Below are positions 50,533-63,182 of a DNA stretch of 64,000 bases, piece after piece. Source of the stretch: Nageia nagi (Eukaryota > Plantae > Pinophyta). Numbering within the stretch: position 1 is the first letter of the stretch; each line of letters begins with the position of its first letter. The translations under genes were made by a program, and so were the position numbers. The DNA is taken from positions 165,478,001 through 165,542,000 of the forward strand of contig JBITNC010000001.1 in the NCBI GenBank assembly GCA_050084985.1, in the 5' to 3' direction. The notes below the pieces were generated by a model, which ran no database searches, was not told the origin of the DNA, and saw nothing but the letters and a program-made list of their open reading frames with translations.

Positions 50533-50914
50533 GGTGTTCTCACTTGCAACGTGGTCCCTCAAGAATGTTGTGTGGGTTTCCAGGTGAAGATGACACCCAC
50601 GTTGGAGGGTCTTGCCTCCCAAATGCTTGCGCAAGCCCTAGTATGGATGAATGATAATGTTTGAGCATAAAAATATGCAATTTGCTGTTATCTTGGTGCA
50701 AGAGTAGAAGAGGAGCAAGTTTTGAGTTTGAAAAAATGAGGTCCCTAAGCTTGTATTTATAGCCCACTTGGCTTCTAGCTTGCCCTAGTTGGCTAGGGTT
50801 ACTAATAGAACTCATCATAGCCTTCCACCTGACTGACCTCGAGATGTGTGCCAACCCATAAACTCATGCAAAGCCTCCTATGCCCTAACATTTGGGTTTT
50901 AATACTCAAACTGA

Positions 50915-52015
50915 CTTGGCACATGGAAAAAAAAGACAAAATGATTTTTTGAACCATGTGCCAGCCCTGGGAGCTTGTATGCTTACAATGTTGGGTCTCT
51001 TGTCTTCATGTTTGCTTGACTTGATCACCTAACTCACTCAATAACCTGATTTTTTTTAATTTCTAGTCTTCCAGTCGACTAGACTTGTCGATTTTGATGT
51101 TTCATTTCGACCTGGGCAACCTATGGACTTGGCGCATGCTTTCAAAAGTCAAGTTTGTGACTTTTTGAGGCATGTGTCAGCCTTGCTTGTCCATCTAGCT
51201 TGATCACATGGTTCAATAAGACAAGATTTTGTCTTTTTGAAGCATGTGCCAACCTCCAGTTGGCCTACTTTTCGGAATTTGATCTTCAAGTGCTCATGCC
51301 TTAACCAAATTTTGTGTTTCTCGAATCCTGGAGGCTTCCTAGGCTTGGCGCATGTCTCAAAAAGTCAAGATTTTGTCTTTTGAGACCATGTGCTAGCCCC
51401 TTTGGGTATGCTCGAGTTGGTCATGAGTTTCCCGGACTTGTCAAATTTTCCACTTTGCTTGGATTGGCAGCCTTTCTAGGCTTGGCGAATGGTTCAAAAA
51501 GACAAGATTTTGTCTTTTTGAAGCATGCGCCAGCCTCCTGGGTGACTCATGTTCATTTTTTGACCTTCGAACTTGCTCAACTTGCCCTCTTGGCAAAGTC
51601 GTATGGTTCAAAAAGACAAGAATTTTTCTTTTCAAACCATGCGCCAGCCTCCTGTCTTTTGAAGCATGCGCAAGCCTCTTGGGTGATTCATGTTCATTTT
51701 CTGACCTCCAAACTTGCTCAACTTGCCCTCTTGGCAAAGTCACATGGTTCAAAAAGACAAGAATTTGTCTTTTGAAACCATGCGCCAGCCTTGTAATGCC
51801 TCTGCCTTGGGTTTTTCGTGCTTACTTTTGTTCCATTTCCTCCCTTATGTTTGGTGCATGCCCAGGAAAGACAAGGTTGCCTTTTGGAGGCATGCGTTGG
51901 GCTTCCAAGTGCCTAGATTTCATTCTTGAGCCTTCCCTCTTGTCTGGATGACACCCAAGCCCAATCGCATGGTTCAAAAAGACAAGATTTTGTCTTTTTG
52001 AAGCATGCACTAGCC
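50915..52015. repeat. About eight dispersed ~50-bp palindromic units in element A
   Basis: Variants of TGGCGCATGGTTCAAAAAGACAAGATTTTGTCTTTTTGAAGCATGCGCCA near 50917, 51130, 51207, 51345, 51482, 51603, 51743 and 51967. Confidence 0.85.
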
Positions 52016-55000
52016 CTTGGAGATGCCTAGTTTGTTGATTGGGCTTCAACTCTTCCTAGACTTCCTAGTTCACCTAAGATCAACTTTTACACTTCCCAAA
52101 CTTAAGCCATTTTTAGAAATTTTGAAATTCTTATCATGACATGACTAACCCTAGGCGAAGGAAGAGGCTTGAACTATAAGGAGTTGATCGTGAATCTGGG
52201 TCTTTGAGATGCAACTTGGCTAGGACTGACGACGACAAAACGAAGTATATACATGTGTTTCAATCACAACAAAAAGGAAATCTTTCCTCTTACTCAGCGA
52301 TTGCCTGAACGATCAAGATGGGAAAGCAACCCAACATTTAGGTGAGAACGAGTTACTGAACTCCTCTTGTAAGGATTAATATCCCAAGTTTTCTATTGAA
52401 AAGCTCGTGTCGTTAATACAAGTTTTAAATTATGTAGGTCTTGTTTGGAAATCAACTGATTGGTGTAGTAGAGGTAGTAACTGTTAGCAAACTTTTTTTG
52501 TGGGGACTGAGGTGTATTATCTTGCAATAGGTCGAAAGTTGCTATAAGTTTAAAGAAAGTGTAAAATAAAGAAAGAAAAGTGAGAATGAGGCCAAATACT
52601 GGCAAGACTTCAAAGAGGTAGTCACAATGTAGCTTTGCCTAAACTTCTTTCTTTCGAATCAATTTAGAAATCTTGTTCAATTCAATCAAGTCTTCGAAAT
52701 GAATAACTATTGTCCAATCATTCCAAAGATGAGCGAAAAGCGGAATTGATTGTCACTACTTTGCGAATAGGACCGATGCAATCAAATGGATTAAGCGTGA
52801 GGGAAGGTGAATAGTTTTGAACAAGAAGCCTAGGAAGATGTCTTAAGAGAAATTCGGTTCAAAATACTAAGTATTTAACAAACGCGTAGTGGATTAGCAA
52901 CAATTCAAGACAATTCAAACATTTTAGAAAAGTTTGCAACAAACTCTCCTAAAACTCGAAAGTTTTCAAAGAGAAGGTACAAAAATATTTGAATTACAAA
53001 AAATGCTTTCAAACGATCAATCCACCACTCCCATAGATGAAAACACACCTTGAATCAACATGTAGCCCCTTGTATTATGATTGCAAAAGAGTTTTGCATT
53101 ACTACATCAATTTGCTCCTTAGTTACAAAAAATTTCAATTTTCATGAAAATTGGCCTTTTTTGAGGACTTGAATTTGAGGGTGTTGCCCTAATACTTAAA
53201 AAAACTTTAAAATGCTAATTTGAAATTACAATATCATTTTAGTGGGAGAACAATACTCATCCCACTAAAATATGCTAGAAATAAAATATTTATAAAAATT
53301 GATGCCCTCTAGCATGGATTTTGAGGCATTTTGCATCAATTTGGCAAAATTTGGACCTTCAAATCATCATTTTGGATCCTTCTATTAGTCTTTTGAGCTC
53401 CTTCTTTCTTTGCATATGGATTTTCCCATGATGTGATCATTTTGGCAAATTTTCAAGGAATTCTGAAAGGATTTTTCGAAAAAGTGGATTTTTTTGTCTA
53501 TTTTTCAAAAAGATGGGGGGATCTGAAATTTGGAAAAATTTTAAAAAGTGGATTTGAGCTCATGGATGGATGGAGGATAGGATTATAAGGTACTTGGCAA
53601 GTTTTGAGAGGATTTGGAGCTTTTTAGGAGATTTTGTGAAGGATTTGGAATTTTTGGCAAAGATTTCGTTTTTCATATCTGGAATTTTTTGGTAGAAAAA
53701 AGTGAAAATTTCCATATGAATGAAAAATGCCTCCTATATTTTTGAGCACTTAAAATTGGTCAAATTTGAAAATTTCAAAGTTTAAATGTGCTCAAAATGT
53801 GCCCTTTCATGCAATGAAACCATAAAATTCGATTTTTGAGCAAAATTTGACATTCCTTCTCAAGTTAGGCACTAATTTTCACTTGTATGGATTTCCAATG
53901 ACATGAAAACCTGCAACAAGCTTTTAGAGGGGCTTGCCTTGCTCAAAATCGAAAAAGTGAAGGTTTAAATGTTCACAAAATCACTTTTTCAGTCCCTTGG
54001 ATTTCCAATGACATGAAAACCTGCGCCTGCCTTTTGGGTGCCTTTTCATTGCTCAAAATTGAAATTTTGCAAGTCTAAATGTGCTAGAAATCATCATTTT
54101 CACCTAATGGACACCCAAAACTTGATTTTTGATGAATTTTGCTCTTTTGCCTCCAATTTAGGTGCCATTTTTCACTCCTATGAATTTAGAAAAATTAGGA
54201 AAACTGCGCCTAGCTTTTAGATGCTCAAAAAAAGCTCAAATTTGAATTTTCAAATACCTAAATGTGCTCAAAATCACCTTTTTGACCCAATGAACCCCTC
54301 AAACTTGTGTTTTGATCAAAATTTGTTAAATGTTTTCATTCAAGGCACCATTTTTCACTCATTGGAATTCCATAGCCTTGAAAACTTGTGCCTAGCCTTT
54401 AGGGTGCTCAAAAATGCTCAAAATCAAAACTTTTGAGACCTAAATGTCTTTAGAATAATGTCTTAAAAAAAACACTTAAGCTTATCAACCTAGGTGCCAT
54501 TTTTCATGCCAATGGATTTGGAAAAATTTAGAAACTTGCGCCTAGGAATTTGAGGGTTTAAACTTGCTCAAAACCAAAAAAATTGAGACCTAAAATGCCT
54601 TAAAACCATCCTTTCCATCCATCTATGCATTTACATTTGACTTTCGATGCATTTCTACCTTTTCCTCACAATCTAGGCGCCAAAAATCATCTCTATGGAT
54701 TTCCCATAGGCTTGAAAAACTAGGCCTAGGATTTGAGTGCCTTATAATTGGTCAAAATCGAAAAATTTCAAGTCTTAATTGTGATAGAATTCACATTATC
54801 TCTCCAATAACACTTTTAGACTTGATTTTTAACACCATTTGTATTTATCATTGAAAAAAGTGCACCATTTTCCCCTCATTTGGGTCTTCAATACCTTGGG
54901 AAAAAGTGCCTGGGGCCAGTGGTACTCAAACTTGCATTTCCGATCCATTCCAGACTCAATGTACATTTCTGACCATTCTTGGCATTTCCGAGCTCAAACT

Positions 55001-55777
55001 CGACCAAAACACCCTTTCCGGCACCTTTGAGCTCAAACTCTGCATTTTCGATGATTCTTGAGCTCAAATGGGGCAAAAACGACCATTTCCACCTTTCGAG
55101 CTCAAACTTGTCATTTTCAGTGATTTCTAGACTCAAAGTATTCACTTCTACCCATTTCCGGCATTTTTGGGCCCAAAGTGTGAAAAACCAAACACTTCCT
55201 GAATTTTGGCCATTTTGATCTCAAATTTGCATTTTTGACCATTTTTTAGCTTTTTGGGCTCAAATGGTGCAAAACCGCACTTTTCACTATACTAACCACT
55301 TTCGGGCTCAAAATTGACCAAAATGCTATTTTTCATGATACTAACCATTTTTGAGCTTTTCGGGCTCATACTTGACAAAAAGGCTTATTTTTGTCACCTT
55401 AGCTACATCCACTACTTCCGGACTCAAACTTGACAAAAACGCTCATTTTCATGACAATAGCCATACTTGTGAGCTCAAACTCTGCAAAAACGACCCCATC
55501 TCCACTGACCTCACTCTAGACCCAAAAATTCGTGCTCTGATACTCTCTCAAATCCTGGCTCCTTTGCTCCAAAAATGACGACTGTATACCCTAGTACTCT
55601 TCAGGGTCTTTGTCGTATGATCTGCTTGAATCACTCCCTGATATCATGTTTGCAGTCTTCAAAATGAACTGTCTGTCGCCAAAAGCCAATCTCAAGGCAA
55701 TACACCTCATTGCCTTTCGAAAATAGGGTCCCCAAAATCTTGTATTTTGAGATGTGTTGTGCAGACACAACACACTT

Positions 55778-56503
55778 CCCTCAATCTTATTATAGAAAAG
55801 GACTGCTCATAAAACAAATATGAAGAAGACATTTGATAGGGAAAACCGGTCTTTCCTTCTTGGCATCATGAGGAAGTTTGGCTTTGGAAATCAATGGCTC
55901 AGCCAGGTCTCTGCTTTAATCAGCAATCCCTCCTTTTTTGTTCTGATAAATGGAAGTGCACAGGGGTATTTCAGGAACACTCGTGGTCTTCACCAAGGAG
56001 ACCCACTTTTGCACTATTTGTTCATTATAGTGGCAAAAGCTCTAGGAAGAGGCCTGAAACATATTCAGTCCACTAGACATATCAAAGGGCTGCATCTTAA
56101 TCTTCTTTTCCCCTGATCAATCACTCTCAGTTTGCAAACGAGACTCTCCTTGTTGTCTATCCTCCCATTCAGGAAATCCACATGATCAAGAATTTGCTCA
56201 ACTCCTATGAACGGGCATCAAGACAAGTAATGAACTATGAAAAGTCAAAATTTTATGGAATCAACTTGAAACCATCCTTTCATAAATACCTGGCAAGGCA
56301 AACTGGTATGTGCATTGACTCCTTCCCAAGAACATACATGGGTTTTCCTCTATTTTTGGGGGGCAACACTGAGGTCTTTTGGGATTCGCTCATTACTAAG
56401 CTCAAAACTGAATTGGTTAGCTAGAAAAGAAAATGGCTTTATGCTGTAGGTAGACTATTCAAGATCAAATCAGTCCTCTCCTCTTTCCTAGTCTTCTAGA
56501 TGG
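55778..56503 (+). mobile_element. LINE piece 3: RT core, degenerate
   Basis: MKKTFDR, VLINGSAQGYFRNTRGLHQGDPL, QFANETL (QFADD equivalent), YMGFPLF, IKSVLSS. Confidence 0.92.
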
Positions 56504-56689
56504 TGCTGTGCCCCAAAATTTTGCATTTTGAGGACCCTCGAAAACAAAGTTTAAATGCATGGAAGTTAATAATGTCTAAGGGAACGTATGCATCTTAGTT
56601 TAAGTTTTGGGAAATATGCTAAACTTGCACATTCATGATCAATTCAAGTCATTAACCTGCATTTTTCCTCAATCGCATGTTTTAAGGGA

Positions 56690-57945
56690 CATGCTTTTGC
56701 ACGTCCCCTAAACGGTGTGACCACCCTCATGCTGCATTTTCATAGTCGTTACTTGCATTTTTCAGTCTTAAAATTGCACTGTCAAGGTCCTTCATGATGC
56801 AGAAGTTCATCTCTCCCTCATTGCATTTCATGTTTGAAGTCATTCTGGTCGGAATTCAAGACAAAAAACTTGTTTTCAGCTTGTCACATGTTTTCAAGTG
56901 AGTGCTTTTGCACCCACCCAAAATGGTGTAACCAAAACTAGAGATTCTCATTCTTAGCAGTTTTTTGGAAAAGCATGTCGCATGTTTTCAAGTGAGTGCT
57001 TTTGCACCCAACCAAATCCATGTGACCAAGGAGGAAGAAATCTTTACTTAGCCATTTTTGGACCTGCAAGACTAGTCACATGTTTTCAAGTAAGTGCTTT
57101 TGCACCCCACGAAATCCATGCAACCAGGAAAAAGGGGACTTAGCCATTTTTGAGACAATCAAGGCTAGTCGCATGCTTTCGAGTGAGTGCTTTTGCACCC
57201 AACTCAAACCATGCAACCAGATTCATAAGGTGGAAGTTGGCTAAGTGTTGGGTCCAGATTGTTGCCAAGTGGAAACACATGCATTCGACCCCCTTTTGCA
57301 CCAATCATGTGATAACACCTGTCCTATCCGGAAGGCTATAAAAGGAAAGTCAGCCTCAGTCATTCTATTTGCAAAACTATCTAGAGCATTGCGTGGAGCC
57401 AAGGGAGAAAAAGCACATCCTCCAAAACGTGCAACCTATGTCAAATTTGCATTTTTTTAGTCATTTTTTGGAATTTCTGGTCTCGGGGGGTGCACCAAAC
57501 CCCAATCACATCATTTTATGTGCATGAAAAAACACTCCTCCCAAGTCATGTGCCCAGTCCTAGACATTTTGCCCCGAGGTTGAAATTGGCTAAGTGTTTG
57601 GAATTTGGAGGTAAGGCCCAAGCGCAAGGATTAAGGTGCATGCTTTTGCACCCCTTCTAAATAGTGCGACCAAGAATCGAGCCTCATTATTGACCTGAAA
57701 TTTGACCAAGTCCCAAGTACCTAGTTGCATGCTTTTTGACCTATGCTTTTGCACCCCTTCTAAACGATGTGCCCTTGTTTTGGCTCCACCATTCAACCCC
57801 TAGCTTGACCAACCCAGTGGTGACATGTGGCAGCATAGAAGGTTATAAATAGCATGCCAACCCTAAGTCATTTTCACCACTTCATCTCAAATATTTTTTT
57901 ACCTTACTCCCAGTCGCACCATTTCTAGCGCATTCTTTTGCACTC
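56690..57945 (+). repeat. Array of CTTTTGCAC(C) motifs, partly as ~92-98 bp tandem units
   Basis: About nine copies. Four have the longer context CATGTTTTCAAGTGAGTGCTTTTGCACCC (56885-57200). Confidence 0.8.
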
Positions 57946-58210
57946 ATCCAAAACTGTGTGCCCAGAATTGCAAGGTGAAATTGGTCAAGTGTGAGATGCC
58001 AGGAGTCAGGAAGAGAGGAAGACAAGTGGCAGGCATGCACTCTGCCATGCATTCACACTCCATGCATCTCATTTAAAAGGAGGCAACTTTCATTCAATGT
58101 CCTGGACGTCCTGTAGCCCAGACTTGCACGTTTGGTTCTTCCTTGCTGCTTTCTTCACAACATCCAGATTTTGTCCCTAGGTCCTCTTGGGGCATTCCAT
58201 ACATTTTTGC

Positions 58211-61200
58211 ATGGCTTCCAGTATCAGACCACCTCCATCCAGAGCCAGGAAAATTCAAGGGCAACTATTTGAGAGACATGTGACCAAGAACTAGATGGCT
58301 TGGCTTTCGAAAGAAAGTCTTATTGAATTTCAAGAAAGAGAGAGACTAGAACTCCCTGAGGCCAAATTCAAGGGGAGGTACATCTTTGTTGGTGATACAG
58401 CCTAGGGAAACTTGGACCCCGTCCAAACTTTAGCCTCCACAGCCTCTATCAGTAAGGAGGATTTATCAAAAGAGCTCATCCACACATGTGCCTTGTTCAA
58501 CGCCACTATGATGCCTTTTGCAATACCCTTTCCTGACTTATGCTACAAGGTAACCAGGAAATATGAATATGACAAGAAAGTCCTATGGGACATAGAAGGA
58601 AATGTAATCATGGACTTCTCCCTCATTGGGATTGAAGCAGCCTTTGGCTGAAGAAGGTATGCGGACGATTACACAGTGGCACACTGAAGAATTCCATGAT
58701 TCCACAACCCGGCCTGGGGACTACATTCAGCCCTAGTTACTGGAAGATTACCAAAATCTTCAAGGTCTGAGGTTGATCAGCACTCGTAGAGAGGAGTTTG
58801 CCTGTTGTGGCCAAGATGATCACTCTTTTGTCTAGGGTCACTGGTCAGGAGAACGATGTGAAGTACAAGAAGGAGTTAATAGGCTTCATTGCAATTATCA
58901 ACTCGAGGAGAGCTATTCGATGGGCTAGGGTAATCAATGATGCACTATGCCACTAGTTAGCCTATTTTGGCTCGTTGAAGAGATTTTACATGAATTCCTA
59001 TCTTGTGTACTTATTATTGCATGGCAAGGTCAGATCCAGGGAACTAGCTGATGAAATATATTTAGGACAAAAGAACACCCTTGTGTGGCAAGCTTATCCA
59101 AAGTGGTGGTACCAGAACAAGTTCCAACATTTTTGTGAGAGACAGACCGTTGGGAGTATGATATCTACAAAGATATCAAAGGGAAGTCCGTAGTAAAGAA
59201 GATTTTTGATGCAACCATTCAAGCTATTAGTGTACATATAGATTTCTTCTTGTAGAACGTTGACCATACATTCATCAGAGTCTATGGCTCAAAGGAGCCC
59301 CTACTCTTGCCAAGATACGTCGATGATATGCTTATCCTCATGGAATTTGCCAGGCAACTTTTATTTTTGAAAGAAAAAGTCTGGAAGAAGAAGAACAGGG
59401 CCATTAACTTGCCAATCTCAATTGTAAGGTATGTGTGTCAGATGTGGGTCAAGGCAGCCAATATGAAGAAGGAACTGCAGCAATATGTCTTTTCCAAGGA
59501 GGCAACTACAAGAAACTATGATCATAGGGGCATAATTGCACATTTCTATAGCATTGCATTCCACAAACCTATTGTGTTTCCGCATGTCTTTGGGGAGTGT
59601 GGAGAAGTACCGAAACGTGTAGGATGAGGAGGAGATTGCAAAGGTAGATGCTCTTTTGAACATGAAAAAGGCTCTCCTCCAAGCAGCAAAACTACCTCAG
59701 AGACCCCATACCATTAAATCTAGATCACAAGAGGTCCCTCTCAGGATCAGGTCATCCCCTCCTCTAGTTCGTGTTGCACTCCCGCCAGCTAAGGTACCCT
59801 TGCTTCCCATTGGCAAGAGGCAAGAAACTCCAAGGGAACACATTCCAGGCCCTAGCAAGCATAATGGTGATGACTGATCTCAAGGATGCTAGCTATCGTG
59901 CTATTCCCTTGGATGTGCTGGATGATGTAGTGGATGAGGCTTGTGCCAGTGATTCACCCAAGAAAGCGATCCCTTCCAGGCTCACTCATTCTCCTGGATG
60001 CAGAGAGAAAATCCCCCCCTTGCAACCAAGTTCTAGTTCCAGTTCTGAACGCTCCACTTCCTCTTTCGACGAAGAGACTGATGAAGAGCCCGACCATACA
60101 ATAGAAGACTCCAAAGAAGAGTCAGAAAGTCATGGTGGAAGAGAAGAAGAGGAAGAAGATGATGATGATGATGATGCTACTGTTGTCCCTGAGCAAGAAG
60201 ATGAAGCTATAGGTGCATCTGCACCTGACGAGACAAAGATTGAAACTCTCCCAGATGACAATAAGATAGTGGACATTGGGACCTATGATGATGATGAGGT
60301 CCTGATCGTTGGAGATAGGTGTGCTAGAGAGGTGGGTGCCTCCAAACCCTCCCTGCCAAGCATAGGAAGAAGTCCCCTTCCTCTTCGCATAAATCCTCTA
60401 CAAAGAGAACGAGCCATGAGACATCTCCTCAGCCACGCAAAGGCATATCTATATGTGGTGATGGAGGAGATAAAGAGAACGAAGGAGAGACTGAGGAATA
60501 GAAGAAGAAAAGAAGGCAGGAAGAGCACCAAGGTAAGGAGATTACCTTAATTCCAACTACTCCAGCGAAAGAGGTCAAGAAGATCAACAAAGGATAATTG
60601 TTGGTACAAAGGTTTCCTCCCCAGCCAGCAACCAAGCATCCAGATCTTGACCTAGATGTCTACCAGCCCTCAGCATGAGTATGGCTCATGATGAAGATAT
60701 AGACCAGGATCTATGCTCTAAAGATGAGGAAGAGGAGCTTTTAGATGATGAAAAGATTTGAAGGGTTGACACATTTGTTTCCACCTACCGAAAGGAAATC
60801 TCCAACAGCCATTGCTATTCAAAGGAAAAACATCCTTAGAAAGCAGAAGACTGTGTCATCAAGACATTCAAGATGCCTATGAAGCTAGGATTGACAGCTC
60901 GTAAACATATAGTTACTCATAATGTTGCAATCATGAAGTAAGAGGGGTATGAAGCCAAGAAGTGAAGAGGTTGAAAAAGAAACTCACGACTAGCAGGAAG
61001 ATCATCGAGTCCTAGAAGATCAGTATCACCCCCTTAGATCTGTAGAAGCATACCTCATTCCATGAGGGATGGGAGTTGATGAAGGTGCAATTAAAAAGCG
61101 AAATGATAAAGGCTATTGAGAGGTTGTCTTCTTGAATCTACAAGCTCCTTGCTAAACATGTAGAAACTAGGGACCTTAAGACACAAATCTCAGCACACCT

Positions 61201-61740
61201 TAGCACATTGAACAGCCATCTTCCCAACGTCTTCCATCTGCAGCATGTTTACGCTAACAATCCTGAAAAGTTAGTCTACTGCCACAAGTTCACATACCAC
61301 CATGTTTGGTTGAATCACGCACTTGAAAAATGCAACGCAGTCCTGAAGATCAGAATCCCCTTGAGAAAGGAGGTCGAGGAACAAATGTGTGACTATGCCT
61401 ATCAGCTCAAGTTCCAAGGGGAGGACAACAATGTGAGAAAGAAGGAGGCGGTATTGGAAGAGGCTCCAAACCTGATACAGGAGCATTTAGATATCAATGA
61501 CCTCAGTTTGATGAAGGCAAGGCATCCTATCGTCCACGAAAGGCAGATGGTCATCTGGAGGCACTAGATGCGGGCTACATTGAAGATAGAGGACTACTTT
61601 CAGCAGAATGGTAGCACCATTGGTATGATTTTCAAGGGCATACGGAAGACTATGGTGTTCTTGGAGGAGACCATTGAGTCATATGGTCTCACCAACGAGG
61701 AGTGGAACTCCGCCAGTATCGGATCAAATCTGGCCTAGGT
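58211..61740 (+). pseudogene. Element B uncharacterised ~1150-codon ORF, disrupted
   Basis: KRFYMNSYLVYLLLH, LPRYVDDMLILMEFARQL, a D/E-rich linker (60040-60300) and a charged C-terminus. Homologous to the element A ORF. The end is approximate. Confidence 0.8.
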
Positions 61741-63182
61741 CTGATCAACCAGCAGATTTTGTTTGCGGTATCTTTTCTTTTGTTTAATGCATATTTGATG
61801 GTTGTTATTTCAGACTCTATTTCACTTGATTTGACTAGTGTAGGGATGAGTTTTTGCTCTCATCAAGTCAAATCTGTTAGACTCATTTATGACTCTGATC
61901 GGTGCAAGGATGAGGTTTTTCTCCCGCCGGTTCAAGTGTCAGACCCCTTATTGCATATTTGATTTGCTTTTGAGTAGATTAAGAAGTAGATTAAATGCAT
62001 TTTGGTAGTGACATTTATATTTGGTCTGACTTTTAAGTGCCACTTGCATCGATTCATGTGAACAATCTGATTTTGTATTGGTTTGTGTGTTTGTGTGTGT
62101 GCACACCATATCAAATTTGATGCCTTTAGGGCTACACTTCTAGTGGCCTAGTTATACCCCATCATGGTCATTTAGAAGAAGATTTTGCATTTGGGATTTT
62201 TGCATGACATTATGCATTTTTGCATATGTGAGACTCTACACTTAATAAAAATATTGCATATTGAGGATCTTGCATTTTGGGATGTTGGCTACAAGCTTTT
62301 GTATGTGTAAGAATTTTTGAGTTGTTGCATCTGTTATAACTGAGGTTTATTGTATTTCATATGAATGCAACGAGGTTTTTCTACATATGTTTGGGTTGTT
62401 GCATCCTTAAGCTTTTACATTTTGTTGCATAGAGGTTCATTGCATAAGGGGTTTCTATGCATGTTCATCATTGAATATCATCATGAATGTATTTCTTTTG
62501 AGGAATGAGATTATAAAGTTAATACTATGAAGGATGTCATTTGTGGGATCATGCATATTTGAATAGCTTTTCTCTTGGAGTTACGTATTGAATATTGATT
62601 GAAGTGGTTTGAGTTGTTCTTTGCATGGTTTGCATGTAAGTGAATGTATTATGAGGCTCATAACTTATCTTTATACCATTCGGTTAGGTTTTTGTGCTCA
62701 CACCCTCACTTCATTTATTTCTCCCCATTGAGTCTTCCACCAAAGACCCCACAACTTCTTGCTCTCGTCTGGTAGTGATTTGAGTATATTTTGCTATTTT
62801 CTTCCTGGCTTGATAGTGAGTACATTGACCTTAATGAATCTGAAGATGACCTGCCGAGACACTGCATCACTGGTGATACCTTCATAAGTTCATTTTTACT
62901 TGTATTCCTTTGCATTTATCCTTGTGTTTTGTCCCTGCATTTGTGATCTTTCTTCTCATTTGTTCACATTTGTAGTCTTTCCTCATTGTGAAGAAGAATT
63001 CTGAAGTTGTATTTCCCTTGTATACGGTTAACAACATGCATCTCTGACTACTATGCCTTCAAGACCATATTCCATGTGAGCGCTTGGGGTAACCAGTCCT
63101 TTCAGGCGGAAACAAGTAACAATGTTTCCTCTAAGTCTTGTGCATGTTTTGGACTAGGAAAGAAAAACATACCAACAAATGG

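Larger units (their letters stand above)
36867..55772 (-). mobile_element. Large TG..CA element A (9.57 kb net of the nested Copia) with a single non-gag/pol ORF; possible giant solo LTR
   Basis: Termini TGTTG...CAACA and a perfect TSD CACTT (36862-36866, 55773-55777). Excision restores LINE RT ELLHFPQSYYRKGLLIK..MKKTFDR. Confidence 0.88.
56504..63177 (+). mobile_element. Large TG..CA element B (6674 bp) with a single non-gag/pol ORF; relative of element A
   Basis: Termini TGCTG...CAACA and TSD GATGG (56499-56503)/AATGG (63178-63182). Excision restores LINE VF*MGLFWIPRNVNQQIKTLMRNFPW. Confidence 0.88.

Noticed and set aside
51314-52049. ORFs with repeated peptides (GSKRQDFVFLKHAPAS)
   Set aside because: They are translations of the palindromic DNA repeats, which appear on both strands.
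55670-55685. TGGCGAC PBS-like motif on the minus strand of element A
   Set aside because: It is only ~90 bp from the terminus, is not preceded by CA, and has no matching 90-bp repeat at the other end.
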